From IMG/VR virus record IMGVR_UViG_3300042268_000478, positions 42,925 to 106,924 of that record: a stretch of 64,000 bases of DNA; one strand, given 5' to 3'. Of this stretch, positions 28,560-38,140 are shown one piece after another. The position numbers were made by a program, and so were the translations under genes. The notes under the pieces are model-generated. The model did no database searches. It saw only the letters and a list, made by a program, of their open reading frames with translations, and was not told the origin of the DNA. This stretch comes from a virus. Lineage: Duplodnaviria > Caudoviricetes. The first letter of the stretch is position 1. Each line of letters begins with the position of its first letter.

Positions 28560-29393
28560 ATGAATATTGAAAAACGTCCAAGTGAAATGTTCGTTGATTT
28601 CGAGAACATTCTGGAATTTGCTAATTTTGCCAATGAAATACCAGACACAAACTATTCTAAAGACAGAGATGACGAAGAATGGTGCGGAGGAACTTTTGAA
28701 GATGCAATGACTCAGGCAAAAACTGGAAATCCAGAGCTTTGCAATAAACTCTTTGATGACGTAAGAGTTCTTGAAGCTCTTATTGAGGAAGACAAGATTG
28801 GAGAAATTCGGGACGTTACCGGAGAATATTTCGATGTTGGAGACGTTATTTCAGGAGAGCCGGAATGTTGGAGGAGAGACGAATACGGAGAGCAGAAACC
28901 AGTAATTCCCATATATGCTAGTTTCGGAATGAATGCCGGTATTTCTCCAGAAACTATTTTTCATCGAGGAGCAGCAATAGTTGCAATGATTGACGAATTA
29001 GAATCAAATGGATTTACTGTAGACTTATATCTTGAAAAAGGCACAACATACAGAAATGTTACTTATCATTATTTCATAAAAGTAAAAACTGACCCTATTG
29101 ATTTGGATACTGTTGCATTTATTCTTGCAAATCCTTTATGTCAAAGACGATTGTCCTTTGCAGTTCTTGAAAAGCTTACAGAAGAGGATTATTGCTCAGG
29201 TTATGGCGTTTCCAAGAACTTGCCTTCTGAACGTATTTTGCAGGATACTGATTTGTCCGGCTTTTACTTCTGTTGTTCAAATGCGATTCAGTTTAGGGAA
29301 AAAAATTACAGCACCCTCGAAGCAGCGAAAGATCACATCCTTAAAATGCTTGAAGACTTCAAGAATAACGCGGCACAAGTAATAATCGGGTAG
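28560..29393 (+). CDS. Degenerate vWA-like partner of the AAA ATPase
   Basis: Directly downstream of MoxR-type ATPase; FDVG…GEPECW pattern. Confidence 0.55.
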   Translation: MNIEKRPSEMFVDFENILEFANFANEIPDTNYSKDRDDEEWCGGTFEDAMTQAKTGNPELCNKLFDDVRVLEALIEEDKIGEIRDVTGEYFDVGDVISGEPECWRRDEYGEQKPVIPIYASFGMNAGISPETIFHRGAAIVAMIDELESNGFTVDLYLEKGTTYRNVTYHYFIKVKTDPIDLDTVAFILANPLCQRRLSFAVLEKLTEEDYCSGYGVSKNLPSERILQDTDLSGFYFCCSNAIQFREKNYSTLEAAKDHILKMLEDFKNNAAQVIIG

Positions 29394-29443
29394 CTTTTTT
29401 TTAATCCTGAAATTAACTAAATTAACCACAAGAGAAGTAAATC

Positions 29444-29758
29444 ATGCAACACGAGTTCACAATATGGGCAGAAGGCGAAAGCGGAAGCGAACACGAATTC
29501 TTTGTTATTGCTGACTGCGATGTTGTAGACAACGGAATTGGCGCAACTGAATTCTGGGGCATCAGAAGCTATCACGTCCAACTGCAAAATGAATGCGAAC
29601 TCGTTGAAGCCTACCTCGTAGGCAGAAACGAGCGCAAGCGCAAGCTCGACCTCAACAAACTGTCGTGCTACATGCCGATACTGAACGGCGTAAAGGAAAA
29701 GTTTGAGGAACTTGTAGAAGACGCAAAGCTTGAAGCGCAACTGAATAAAGCCAGTTGA
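29444..29758 (+). CDS. Hypothetical protein
   Basis: ORF in early operon. Confidence 0.6.
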   Translation: MQHEFTIWAEGESGSEHEFFVIADCDVVDNGIGATEFWGIRSYHVQLQNECELVEAYLVGRNERKRKLDLNKLSCYMPILNGVKEKFEELVEDAKLEAQLNKAS

Positions 29759-29790
29759 AATAAATAACCACAAAAAGGAGTAACCACAAA

Positions 29791-30069
29791 ATGAGTACCA
29801 ACTCGGAACTTAAAAAGGGAGTCGTCAGATGGTTCAGTCCCAGCAGGGGCTACGGATTCATTGACAGCAAGCAAGGTGACGTTTTCGTCCACTATTCAGC
29901 AATCAGCACAAAGGGCTATAGAGAGTTGCAGAGCGGCGATGTTGTACAATACACCTCTCAACCCACGGAAAAGGGCTTGATGGCTTTAACGGTCTTCCCT
30001 GCCCCTTCACGCAAGGCATCCTCCGCTAAATACTCACGCCGTAGACAATGGAGACGTAAAAATGCCTAA
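29791..30069 (+). CDS. Cold-shock domain protein with Arg-rich tail
   Basis: GVVRWF…GYGFI (RNP1), DVFVHYSAI (RNP2); C-terminal SRRRQWRRK. Confidence 0.9.
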   Translation: MSTNSELKKGVVRWFSPSRGYGFIDSKQGDVFVHYSAISTKGYRELQSGDVVQYTSQPTEKGLMALTVFPAPSRKASSAKYSRRRQWRRKNA

Positions 30070-30661
30070 TCCAAGAATTGAAATTGATGTTCCTGATGGA
30101 GTCTCTGGAAACTGGCAGGTCAGCAGCTTTGAAGTTTCTGAAAAAGACGCTTCTTGGTTTAATCTGGGGCAAGCGATCAAAGGGACACGCAGAAATATTG
30201 TAGCTGGCAAATACAAGAGAATTTGCAGAAACGGCAGGGTGATAATGTCTAATACTCCTGCCGAAATAGCCGACCATATGAAGTTCATTCTTACCGCCAA
30301 ACAGGAAGGCGGTCACATCTTGATAAATGGGCTCGGTCTTGGTGTAGCACTCAAAGAAATATTGACCAGCGAAAAGGTGAAATCCGTTACTGTCGTAGAA
30401 AAGTCAAAGGACGTGATCGCTCTGGTTGCCTCAACATACCTGAAAGATAGCAGGGTAAAAATCATCGAAGCAGATGCTTATGATTACACGCCACCGGCTG
30501 AAATTAAATACAGTGCGGTATGGCATGACATTTGGGACGATATTAGCTCGCAGAATCTTCCAGAAATGGCAAAATTGCGGAGAAAATACTCCAAGTTCGC
30601 AGACTGGCAGGGTTCCTGGGCTGAGAATGAATGCCGTAGACAAAAGAGACGTGGCTATTAG
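30062..30661 (+). CDS. Spermidine-synthase-like class I SAM-dependent transferase
   Basis: ILINGLGLG, VTVVEKS, ADAY, WHDIW. Confidence 0.8.
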   Translation: MPNPRIEIDVPDGVSGNWQVSSFEVSEKDASWFNLGQAIKGTRRNIVAGKYKRICRNGRVIMSNTPAEIADHMKFILTAKQEGGHILINGLGLGVALKEILTSEKVKSVTVVEKSKDVIALVASTYLKDSRVKIIEADAYDYTPPAEIKYSAVWHDIWDDISSQNLPEMAKLRRKYSKFADWQGSWAENECRRQKRRGY

Positions 30662-30672
30662 GAGAATACATC

Positions 30673-31146
30673 ATGTCTTCCAGCTATGAAACCAGAGAGA
30701 ATTTGCGGGATGCTAACCGTGCTCTACGAAAAACCATCAACGAAAAAAACATTGAAATACTTAAACTTAGAAAGGAGCTTGAGATTTATATGCAGGAGCA
30801 ATTAAAACAACTGGATTCATTCAAACAGGTATTCAATTCCTTCCAAATGAAAATCCATGAAAACGCCAAGGATAAAGGCTGGCACGAACAGGAACCAAGA
30901 AACAACGGGGAGCTTATCGCTCTCTGCCACAGTGAGCTTTCCGAAGCCTTGGAATACCTGCGTCACGACAATCCGAAAAGTGACCATATTCCAGAATTCA
31001 CTGGAGTAGAGGAAGAACTTGCAGATGTCATTATCCGTATCATGGATATGGCGCAATTGAGAGGTTGGGATATCGCAGGCGCGATGATTGCCAAGCACGA
31101 GTTTAACCGCATAAGATCACACCGGCACGGCGGTAAGCAGTTTTAA
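30673..31146 (+). CDS. MazG-like nucleotide pyrophosphohydrolase
   Basis: LCHSELSEALE…EEELADVIIRIMD. Confidence 0.85.
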   Translation: MSSSYETRENLRDANRALRKTINEKNIEILKLRKELEIYMQEQLKQLDSFKQVFNSFQMKIHENAKDKGWHEQEPRNNGELIALCHSELSEALEYLRHDNPKSDHIPEFTGVEEELADVIIRIMDMAQLRGWDIAGAMIAKHEFNRIRSHRHGGKQF

Positions 31147-31173
31147 CAAGTCAGCAGAAAGGAAAATAAAGCT

Positions 31174-31431
31174 ATGACTCCTACAAACTTCCCAGAAAGT
31201 AATAGAACCTTAGTGAAACCTGCAAACCTGACCGAAGAAGAATGTGGCAGCCTTCCGATATTCACAGATGGGCAAATCTGCGTAAGCTGTTGGGAATTGT
31301 CAGAAGAAGAAAAACAGAAAATACTCAAGACCGGAAAGATATGGCTGATGGTTTGGTCTGGAACGACTCAACCGCCAGTATGTATTACCGCTGAAAGTCC
31401 AATTATTACGAATGAAACTGAGGAAAAATAA
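31174..31431 (+). CDS. Hypothetical phage protein
   Basis: CGSLP…SCWELSEEE…IWL…QPPV pattern typical of small phage proteins. Confidence 0.65.
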   Translation: MTPTNFPESNRTLVKPANLTEEECGSLPIFTDGQICVSCWELSEEEKQKILKTGKIWLMVWSGTTQPPVCITAESPIITNETEEK

Positions 31432-31444
31432 AAGGATTTGAACA

Positions 31445-32032
31445 ATGAAAAACGAAATTAAACTAGACATCAACAAGGTCATTTCGCCACTAGCATTGAA
31501 AGTAAAAGTCAAAGGCGTTTCTCGGTTTAAGATAAGGACAAAAATAACTTATTTCCTGCTTAGGATCGTAGGCATGGTTTGCCCTGTCGATACCAAGCTG
31601 GAGATAGAGATGCTGGATAAAGAAAAGAAGAATCTTAACAGCCTGTATCCAGATAAATGCCCGATTACCCAGAGACCGTTTTTTATGACTATCGAGCACC
31701 CAGAAAAAGGCATAGTTCCGACTTATGGAGGTCCATTCGACTCGTACACAATCCCTGAAATGTACGGTCACCCTGAGCAACCTTGGCATGAGCGTGAATT
31801 ATGCTACGAGCGTTATGATCATGACGAAGGTTGTTGGACAGATGAATTGACAATATCAACGCTCCGCATAGTGGATGAAAACTATCTATTTGAGGCAGAA
31901 GATAAAGTTAAAAATATGATGGGGACGTTGAAAGAATTCTTGGCTTATTATGAAGCGGACGAAAATCTATCTTGGGGCAGTTTATCACAGGATGCAAGAG
32001 CCATAATAGCCAAAGTGGAAGGAGTGGAATGA
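31445..32032 (+). CDS. Hypothetical protein
   Basis: ORF in operon with AAGGA SD. Confidence 0.6.
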   Translation: MKNEIKLDINKVISPLALKVKVKGVSRFKIRTKITYFLLRIVGMVCPVDTKLEIEMLDKEKKNLNSLYPDKCPITQRPFFMTIEHPEKGIVPTYGGPFDSYTIPEMYGHPEQPWHERELCYERYDHDEGCWTDELTISTLRIVDENYLFEAEDKVKNMMGTLKEFLAYYEADENLSWGSLSQDARAIIAKVEGVE

Positions 32033-32607
32033 TGAATAGTCAAGAAATCATTGAGAAGCTGAAGGCTCATTACAAAACCTTTAATGAAATTCCTGAACAT
32101 TTTGACCTTGCGGAGTTTGTAAAAAAGGATTTAACAGAAGACGAGAAAACGGCGCGTGATGCCAAGCTGTCAATCAGGAATCTGAAACATATTATAAACG
32201 ATATTATTTTCTTGGTTAAAGCTTCTGAATTGAAAGAAACTGAGTTTTCAAGTGATAAGCCATTGAGAACCGAAAAGGCGTTGTTTTCAGATACAAAAAC
32301 CGGTGATTTTGTCGCAGTCCGCCCATGCGGGGACGAATACGATAATAAAACATTTCTTGGAGTGTATTTAGGTGAAGCCGCTTTGTCGCAGATTATAAAG
32401 ATTGAAGACAATAAAATAAAAACTGAGCTTGGTTTTTATAATCCGGCGATCTTCGTACCTGATTTGAATGAAATTATATACGGGTGTGCCAGTTGGTGGG
32501 GCAAAATCAAATCTCCTGACGACCTTAAACAGATATCCGATGTAGATATTAATAATGTTTGGTATGTCAAGGTAATGAAAACTATTGCCCAAGCGGAGAA
32601 AGAATAA
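32029..32607 (+). CDS. Hypothetical protein
   Basis: ATGA overlap with upstream stop. Confidence 0.6.
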   Translation: MMNSQEIIEKLKAHYKTFNEIPEHFDLAEFVKKDLTEDEKTARDAKLSIRNLKHIINDIIFLVKASELKETEFSSDKPLRTEKALFSDTKTGDFVAVRPCGDEYDNKTFLGVYLGEAALSQIIKIEDNKIKTELGFYNPAIFVPDLNEIIYGCASWWGKIKSPDDLKQISDVDINNVWYVKVMKTIAQAEKE

Positions 32608-32609
32608 TC

Positions 32610-33176
32610 ATGGAAATCACTAAAACCACTACACACAAGTACGAAGTTGCCAATGTTGCCTTGAACTTGTTCGTGTTCAATGAAAATTTCAGGAAGATAA
32701 GAGGCAGATTCAAGTATAAAGGCTTTGCTTGCTTCCGCTGTCACCACAAGTTTAAAGATGGCGAAAAAATAAGCTTGCTGCAATTCAAAAACTACCCGAA
32801 CCGCCTGGTGTGTCACGAGTGCGCAAAGGCGTGTGATGATGCTCTGAAAGCTGAAAAAAAGAGTAATAAACTGAAAATAAAAAATATTCTTCAAACATGT
32901 TCCTCTTGCCCGTCTCAGTGGGAGGCAAAGTTGGATGATGGCAGAATGGCTTACTTTCGATACAGGCACGGGTACTTGGCTGTAAGTGTGAGCAAAGAAA
33001 TAACCAATGACATTTATGATGCTATTGGCGATACTGCTGATTATGTATATGAAAAAGAAATAGGTGGAGAATATGATGGCGATATGGAAACAGAAGAAAT
33101 GATGAAGCTTACTTCACATATTTTTGAATATCCAGAGGTCGAGCTAACAAGTTTATTAATACAGGAAGGTGAATAA
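32610..33176 (+). CDS. Hypothetical Zn-finger protein
   Basis: CFRC…CHEC plus TCSSCPSQWE…YFRYRHG module. Confidence 0.6.
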   Translation: MEITKTTTHKYEVANVALNLFVFNENFRKIRGRFKYKGFACFRCHHKFKDGEKISLLQFKNYPNRLVCHECAKACDDALKAEKKSNKLKIKNILQTCSSCPSQWEAKLDDGRMAYFRYRHGYLAVSVSKEITNDIYDAIGDTADYVYEKEIGGEYDGDMETEEMMKLTSHIFEYPEVELTSLLIQEGE

Positions 33177-33571
33177 TGAAAGAAACTATCAAATACACAA
33201 TACCTAAAGTGCTGTTTTCCTTAGTTACATTTTTTATTGTTATGTACGGAGTAATTGGAATCAGTTACACTTGGGATTATAGCAAAGGAATCTGGAATAT
33301 AGCTCAGGTCTACATGTGGTTTCATGTTTGTGCTGAATGCTTTGTCATACCATGTGCATTCTCTCTGCTCACTGATAAAAAAGCTCTCAAGAAAGCCAGA
33401 AAGAATTACCAAAAAACTCACCCTACTCCTATTTCTGAAGTAATTGGTATATTTACACATATAATTGAAATTGCGACATTGGCGTACTTCGGTCATTTCT
33501 TCTATGCTGCAATATGGATACTTTCATTTATACTTTGCTTCTTTGTAAGTTTAATTCTTAAAAATAAATAA
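33176..33571 (+). CDS. Membrane protein
   Basis: 3-4 hydrophobic segments. Confidence 0.6.
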   Translation: MKETIKYTIPKVLFSLVTFFIVMYGVIGISYTWDYSKGIWNIAQVYMWFHVCAECFVIPCAFSLLTDKKALKKARKNYQKTHPTPISEVIGIFTHIIEIATLAYFGHFFYAAIWILSFILCFFVSLILKNK

Positions 33572-33589
33572 TGCAGGAGGAGATAAATA

Positions 33590-33802
33590 ATGAAACTTTT
33601 TATAAACAAGAATAGTTCCTCGGAGCTTATAGAATGGCTCAAGGCAGTTTGTGAGTACATAGAGGATGATGCAAATAACCTTACGGCAGGAAACTTGTCG
33701 CATCATCGTCCATCTATCAGATGGAAAGCAACCAGGATGAAGCAAGTCTTAGATGCCTTGCCTGATAAAATTAAGCAGGAAAAAGAAAAGGAAGATAAAT
33801 AA
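33590..33802 (+). CDS. Hypothetical protein
   Basis: GGAGG SD. Confidence 0.55.
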   Translation: MKLFINKNSSSELIEWLKAVCEYIEDDANNLTAGNLSHHRPSIRWKATRMKQVLDALPDKIKQEKEKEDK

Positions 33803-34674
33803 TGCTATACGAAAAATCTACTTGGTGGGATGAAGCCTGGAACCCAGTCTGGGGATGCACTCCAGTCAGTGAAGAGTGCGAACACTGTTATGCGAAGTCT
33901 CTTGTTGAGACTCGATTTGCAAATAATCCTCTTGCGCCGGTGCATGATTTCAACGTAAAAATTGTTGAGAAGCAGTTCAATAAGCGTTTCAAGAAGAGTT
34001 CTAAGCGGATTTTTATCTGCAACATGAGTGACCTTTTTCATGAGCAAGTGCCGTTTGAAGTAGTTGACCGAGTGCTAGCACGAGTAGCCCAAGACCAAGA
34101 ACGGCAGTATTTTATTCTGACCAAGCGTGAAAAGCGAATGGCTGAGTATTTCAGCTACCATGACACTTGCTTGAGAGTGGCGAACGAAGCAAAAATCAGA
34201 CCTCACAAATTACTCGAACGCTGGCCATTAAAAAATCTTTGGCTTGGGGTAACTGCCGGTAATCAAAAGAATCTGGATTTAAGAGTTCCATACCTCCTAA
34301 AAACTGGCTGGTCTAATTTGTTTGTAAGTATTGAGCCAATGCTTGAAGATGCAAATCTAAAATATGAATGGTTTGAAACTGACAACGAGAAAGAGTGTCC
34401 AAACAAAAACCTTACTCTCCACAGAAAAATACATCTATGTCCTAAGTGTGCACCGAAAACGTCCGGTGGAATTGGCTGGATTATTTTTGGAGCTGAATCC
34501 GGTTCAGATCGGAGACGTTGTGAAAATCAATGGATAACCAACGGAGTAAAGATGTGCAAATCAGCAAACATTCCCGTATTCGTCAAGCAGTTAGACATTA
34601 ATGGTAAACTTGTTAAGGATATTTACAAGTTCCCTGAGCTCTTGAGAATAAGAGAATTTCCCGAAATGTCGTAA
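33802..34674 (+). CDS. DUF5131 (Gp37Gp68, radical-SAM-like) protein
   Basis: WNPVWGCTPVSEECEHCYA, MSDLFHE, ILTKR, SIEPML, GAESG, FVKQL. Confidence 0.9.
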   Translation: MLYEKSTWWDEAWNPVWGCTPVSEECEHCYAKSLVETRFANNPLAPVHDFNVKIVEKQFNKRFKKSSKRIFICNMSDLFHEQVPFEVVDRVLARVAQDQERQYFILTKREKRMAEYFSYHDTCLRVANEAKIRPHKLLERWPLKNLWLGVTAGNQKNLDLRVPYLLKTGWSNLFVSIEPMLEDANLKYEWFETDNEKECPNKNLTLHRKIHLCPKCAPKTSGGIGWIIFGAESGSDRRRCENQWITNGVKMCKSANIPVFVKQLDINGKLVKDIYKFPELLRIREFPEMS

Positions 34675-34763
34675 AAGAATTTTTTGCAGCTTGCAATTTA
34701 CTATATTTATCATTATTTTTTACTTTATAAACTAAAAATAACCAAAAGAGAGAGTAGATAATA

Positions 34764-35294
34764 ATGAACGATTGCCCAAGCTGCTTTGCGACACAGGAGT
34801 GCGGCAGGATTCCCGAATGCACCATGTGCGAGTTTACAGAATCCTGTCGCTATTGTTTTGAAAATGATGGAGATAAATGTGATCGAACTTCAGGTCACGT
34901 GTCTTTTGAAAACTACGACTACAGCGAAGAAACTGCGGAAACAGCTGAGGGCGTATATTCGTTTGATAACAGCAGTCGAAAGACTGACCCAAGATACACC
35001 GATGAAGACCTCTTGAAGCTAATGGAATTCATGTTGAGAATAGATGATTATTCCCTCGGCATTGTAGAAAGCGTCATAAACGGCAATCTCATGACCGTCA
35101 GTGATGCGGCAAGGGTCTTCAAGGTATCCAGACAGGCTATGCATAGAAAAATTCTTGATTCTGTCCGCAAGCATCCAGAACTTAAAAACCTTTTCCGTGC
35201 GAACCTGTACCGATGCAAGAAACTGCGCAATGAGCATTTGAATCATGGCGAAAACCAGAGAAACAAAGAACGAGAACAAATGGAGTTATTCTAA
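34764..35294 (+). CDS. Cys-rich + sigma-region-4-like HTH protein (candidate late regulator)
   Basis: N-terminal Cys cluster; TVSDAARVFKVSRQAMHRKI HTH. Confidence 0.6.
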   Translation: MNDCPSCFATQECGRIPECTMCEFTESCRYCFENDGDKCDRTSGHVSFENYDYSEETAETAEGVYSFDNSSRKTDPRYTDEDLLKLMEFMLRIDDYSLGIVESVINGNLMTVSDAARVFKVSRQAMHRKILDSVRKHPELKNLFRANLYRCKKLRNEHLNHGENQRNKEREQMELF

Positions 35295-35785
35295 TGGCAT
35301 GTATCAATAAAGTTATTATAATGGGTAATCTTACCAGAGAGCCGGAACTTCGCTACACCCAAGGCGGTTCGCCGGTATGCGAAATGAGCCTTGCACTGAA
35401 CCGTAAATCCAGAGGCAGAGAAGATGTGTGCTACGTTGAAGTTGTAGCATGGGGAAAGATCGGAGAGAATGCCAACCGTTATCTTGGCAAAGGCTCCAGC
35501 GCTCTCGTTGAAGGCTATCTGAAATTTGAGCAGTGGCAAGACCAGTTCGGCAACAATCGCTCAAAGCTCAAAATAACGGCTGAAAACGTTCAGTTCATAT
35601 CTTCACCCCAAGAACCCTATAACAGAGCTCAAAACTCCGCTTATGATGAAAATAGAGGTACTCCAACGCCTCCACCACAGCAACGCTTTACTACGGAAGA
35701 TCGCCCAGACACACCGCCCCCTGCCCCAGAGCCGAAACCAAGTGATTACGCAGAACCTCCAGCAGAAGATGATATCCCGTTTTAG
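35294..35785 (+). CDS. ssb: Single-stranded DNA-binding protein
   Basis: NKVIIMGNLTREPELRYT…DDIPF. Confidence 0.95.
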   Translation: MACINKVIIMGNLTREPELRYTQGGSPVCEMSLALNRKSRGREDVCYVEVVAWGKIGENANRYLGKGSSALVEGYLKFEQWQDQFGNNRSKLKITAENVQFISSPQEPYNRAQNSAYDENRGTPTPPPQQRFTTEDRPDTPPPAPEPKPSDYAEPPAEDDIPF

Positions 35786-35787
35786 TC

Positions 35788-36207
35788 ATGAAAAAGCGAA
35801 GGAATTTGTTCAATGCCGAAAAGCTCAACCTCTGGAATTGCTGCGGAGAATATTACCCTGGAGGAATTACCCACTGCCGGAAATGCGGAAAGCCCAGACT
35901 TGACGCTAGTAGTTCTGAACGAAGTACCCCCAAGCCTCAACAAAGTCAACCAGATGCATTGGACGCAAAAAGCCAGGTTACGGAAGCACTGGGAAACTAT
36001 TCTGGACGGCTCCGTATCGTTATCGAGCGACACTCCAACCGCATGCTTGACGATGATAATGCCATAGGTGGAGCCAAGCAGCTCAGGGATGCTATAGCAC
36101 ATCTTCTCGATCGCAAAGGTGACAGCGAGCAAGACGGATTGACATTCGAATACATTCAGGTAAAGAGCAAGGCAAAAAAGACGGTAATAAAATTCTATAA
36201 AATATAG
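35788..36207 (+). CDS. Zn-ribbon fused to C-terminal half of a RusA-like resolvase
   Basis: WNCC…CRKC; RMLDDDNAIGGAKQLRDAI…D. Confidence 0.6.
   Translation: MKKRRNLFNAEKLNLWNCCGEYYPGGITHCRKCGKPRLDASSSERSTPKPQQSQPDALDAKSQVTEALGNYSGRLRIVIERHSNRMLDDDNAIGGAKQLRDAIAHLLDRKGDSEQDGLTFEYIQVKSKAKKTVIKFYKI
35813..36067 (+). CDS. Overlapping ORF carrying RusA-like N-terminal motif
   Basis: VPPSLNKVNQMHWTQKARLRKHW; AAGGA SD upstream. Confidence 0.4.
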   Translation: MPKSSTSGIAAENITLEELPTAGNAESPDLTLVVLNEVPPSLNKVNQMHWTQKARLRKHWETILDGSVSLSSDTPTACLTMIMP

Positions 36208-36220
36208 AGGGATATTAATT

Positions 36221-36988
36221 ATGGCGACCAGAAAAACAAGTGCTCGGGCTAAAAACAAAAAAGCCACAGAAAAGACGGTCAAGAAAGCTGTGCTTCAAAT
36301 CAAAGAATATGACATTGAGTATCTTCTTGCCTGTAAGGCTAAGTACAATCCGAGAAAAATCTCTGGAGAACAGCAGGCTGGCTTACGCCTTTCCATGACC
36401 AAGTTTGGCTATGTCCAGAACATTATCTTCAACGAAAAGACCGAAACTGTAGTATCGGGTCATCAAAGGCTTGATATTCTTCATGCGGAAGGTTATGAGC
36501 GCGTTGAAGTGCATGTCGTTAATCTTTCCGAAGAGCAGGAGAAGCAGCTTAATGTTGCAATGAATGCCTCGACGATTTCCGGGGATTTTACTGCCGGAAT
36601 TAACGAAATGATCGAAGACATTCTCAAGGAAGACCCGGAGCTTTATGACTTGGCAAACCTTGGGTCGCTTATGGTGCTTGATGAAGACGAAGAAAAGCCT
36701 GAAAAGAAAAATGATGACAAGGAAGGCGTACCGGGGATGGACCTGCTGCCATACGAACACTATGACTGCATGCTGGTGGTGTTCAAAAACGTTGACGACT
36801 ATCTATACCTCAGCAGCGCGCTCGGACTGGATGAAAAGCGGGTCATATCAGCCCCGATGGTCAAAAACAAACGTCTCGGGAAAGTGCGAGCCGTAGCAGC
36901 GGATAAACTGCTTGCGCTGATCGAAGGCGGCAATGAGGGCGCGATCGACATCATACTTGACGATCTTGAAGATATTAAGGGGTTGTGA
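36221..36988 (+). CDS. ParB/Sulfiredoxin-like N-terminal domain protein
   Basis: YNPRKI…SMTKFGYVQNII…VVSGHQRL…EKQLNVAMN. Confidence 0.85.
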   Translation: MATRKTSARAKNKKATEKTVKKAVLQIKEYDIEYLLACKAKYNPRKISGEQQAGLRLSMTKFGYVQNIIFNEKTETVVSGHQRLDILHAEGYERVEVHVVNLSEEQEKQLNVAMNASTISGDFTAGINEMIEDILKEDPELYDLANLGSLMVLDEDEEKPEKKNDDKEGVPGMDLLPYEHYDCMLVVFKNVDDYLYLSSALGLDEKRVISAPMVKNKRLGKVRAVAADKLLALIEGGNEGAIDIILDDLEDIKGL

Positions 36989-36989
36989 T

Positions 36990-37769
36990 ATGGCTGGTGA
37001 AGTAAAAACATTCGATGATTATTCCGGCAGGGATTATCTCACCATTATCCCATCCAAGGGCAGACCCGACAGAGTGGCTAAGGTGCAGAAGGTGTTTCCT
37101 AATGCCGTCATGTACATAAACGCCAGTGAGCTCGAAAGCTATGCCCCGAACTGCGACATTCCTATCATACTCCATAATGAGACCATGGGCTATGGTAGTG
37201 TCATGAATAGCATCTTCCGTGAATGCACCAAGGCGAATATCAGGTACAGTGTTGTGTTTGACGACGATGTTGAATCATTCGATTCTCTTGTCGGCAACCG
37301 CCCTCGCAAACTAACCGTCGAACAGACGGAAGAGGCGATTGTTAATGCTTGCCAGATACTGGAAGACTTGGACGCTTACATCTATCTGTTCAGTACATGT
37401 TCTTCGTGCGTAAAATACCAGCAGTCGGAGCCGTTTAAGATTGGGTTCAGTTTATCACAAGGGGCTTGGGTGTTGAGAAACGATAAGATGGGCAGGTTCA
37501 AACTCGGAATGCACCACTACGAAGATTTTGATTTCTGTATGGATTACGTCTTGAAGCACCGGTACATGGTTATAGAAAACCGGTTTCAGGCAGTATCAAA
37601 AGGCGCATACGAAGCCGGTGGCTGCAATTCGTTCAGAACCTCGGAAAACGAAAAATCTAGCATGGAATACATCAGGAAAAAGTGGAAGGGCAATGTCGCC
37701 TTCGTGGTGAATCAGGGTGGCACGATTCGCCCTACTGCCAAAATAAACAGGCAGCAAAGAAGGAAATAA
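36990..37769 (+). CDS. GT-A fold glycosyltransferase (TET/JBP-associated, GREB1-like type)
   Basis: IIPSKGRP, FDDD, EDFDF, GGC..FR. Confidence 0.8.
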   Translation: MAGEVKTFDDYSGRDYLTIIPSKGRPDRVAKVQKVFPNAVMYINASELESYAPNCDIPIILHNETMGYGSVMNSIFRECTKANIRYSVVFDDDVESFDSLVGNRPRKLTVEQTEEAIVNACQILEDLDAYIYLFSTCSSCVKYQQSEPFKIGFSLSQGAWVLRNDKMGRFKLGMHHYEDFDFCMDYVLKHRYMVIENRFQAVSKGAYEAGGCNSFRTSENEKSSMEYIRKKWKGNVAFVVNQGGTIRPTAKINRQQRRK

Positions 37770-37894
37770 TAAAAAAAGATTTTTTTTTATTTTAAGATTG
37801 GAAATACAAAATCATAAGATTATGATAACGCTATAGTAATCAACAACTTACATAAAGTTGTTAAACAAAAAAACCACAAGGGAGCACGAGAAAG

Positions 37895-38083
37895 ATGAGT
37901 AACATGAGCTATTGCAGATTTAGGAACACCGAAACTGACCTCGAAGACTGCTACGCAAGTATGGAAAATGGAGACGAACTGTCACACGAAGAAGCCGAGG
38001 CAAGGAAAAGACTTATTGAGCGATGTGTTGATATCGCTCTTGACTATGGGCATGAAGTTGGCAGAGCAGTTGAGGAAGTATAA
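37895..38083 (+). CDS. Small phage protein (MSNMSYCRFRNT)
   Basis: GGAG SD; motif typical of phage proteins. Confidence 0.65.
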   Translation: MSNMSYCRFRNTETDLEDCYASMENGDELSHEEAEARKRLIERCVDIALDYGHEVGRAVEEV

Positions 38084-38140
38084 AAATAACCATTGTAAAC
38101 TAAAAGCAAGACTAACCACAAACCGAAAGGAAAAAACCAC

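Noticed and set aside
35991-35997. GGGAAAC as the slippery site joining the RusA halves
   Set aside because: It is phased in the 35788 frame, so a -1 slip there leads to the third frame rather than joining the halves
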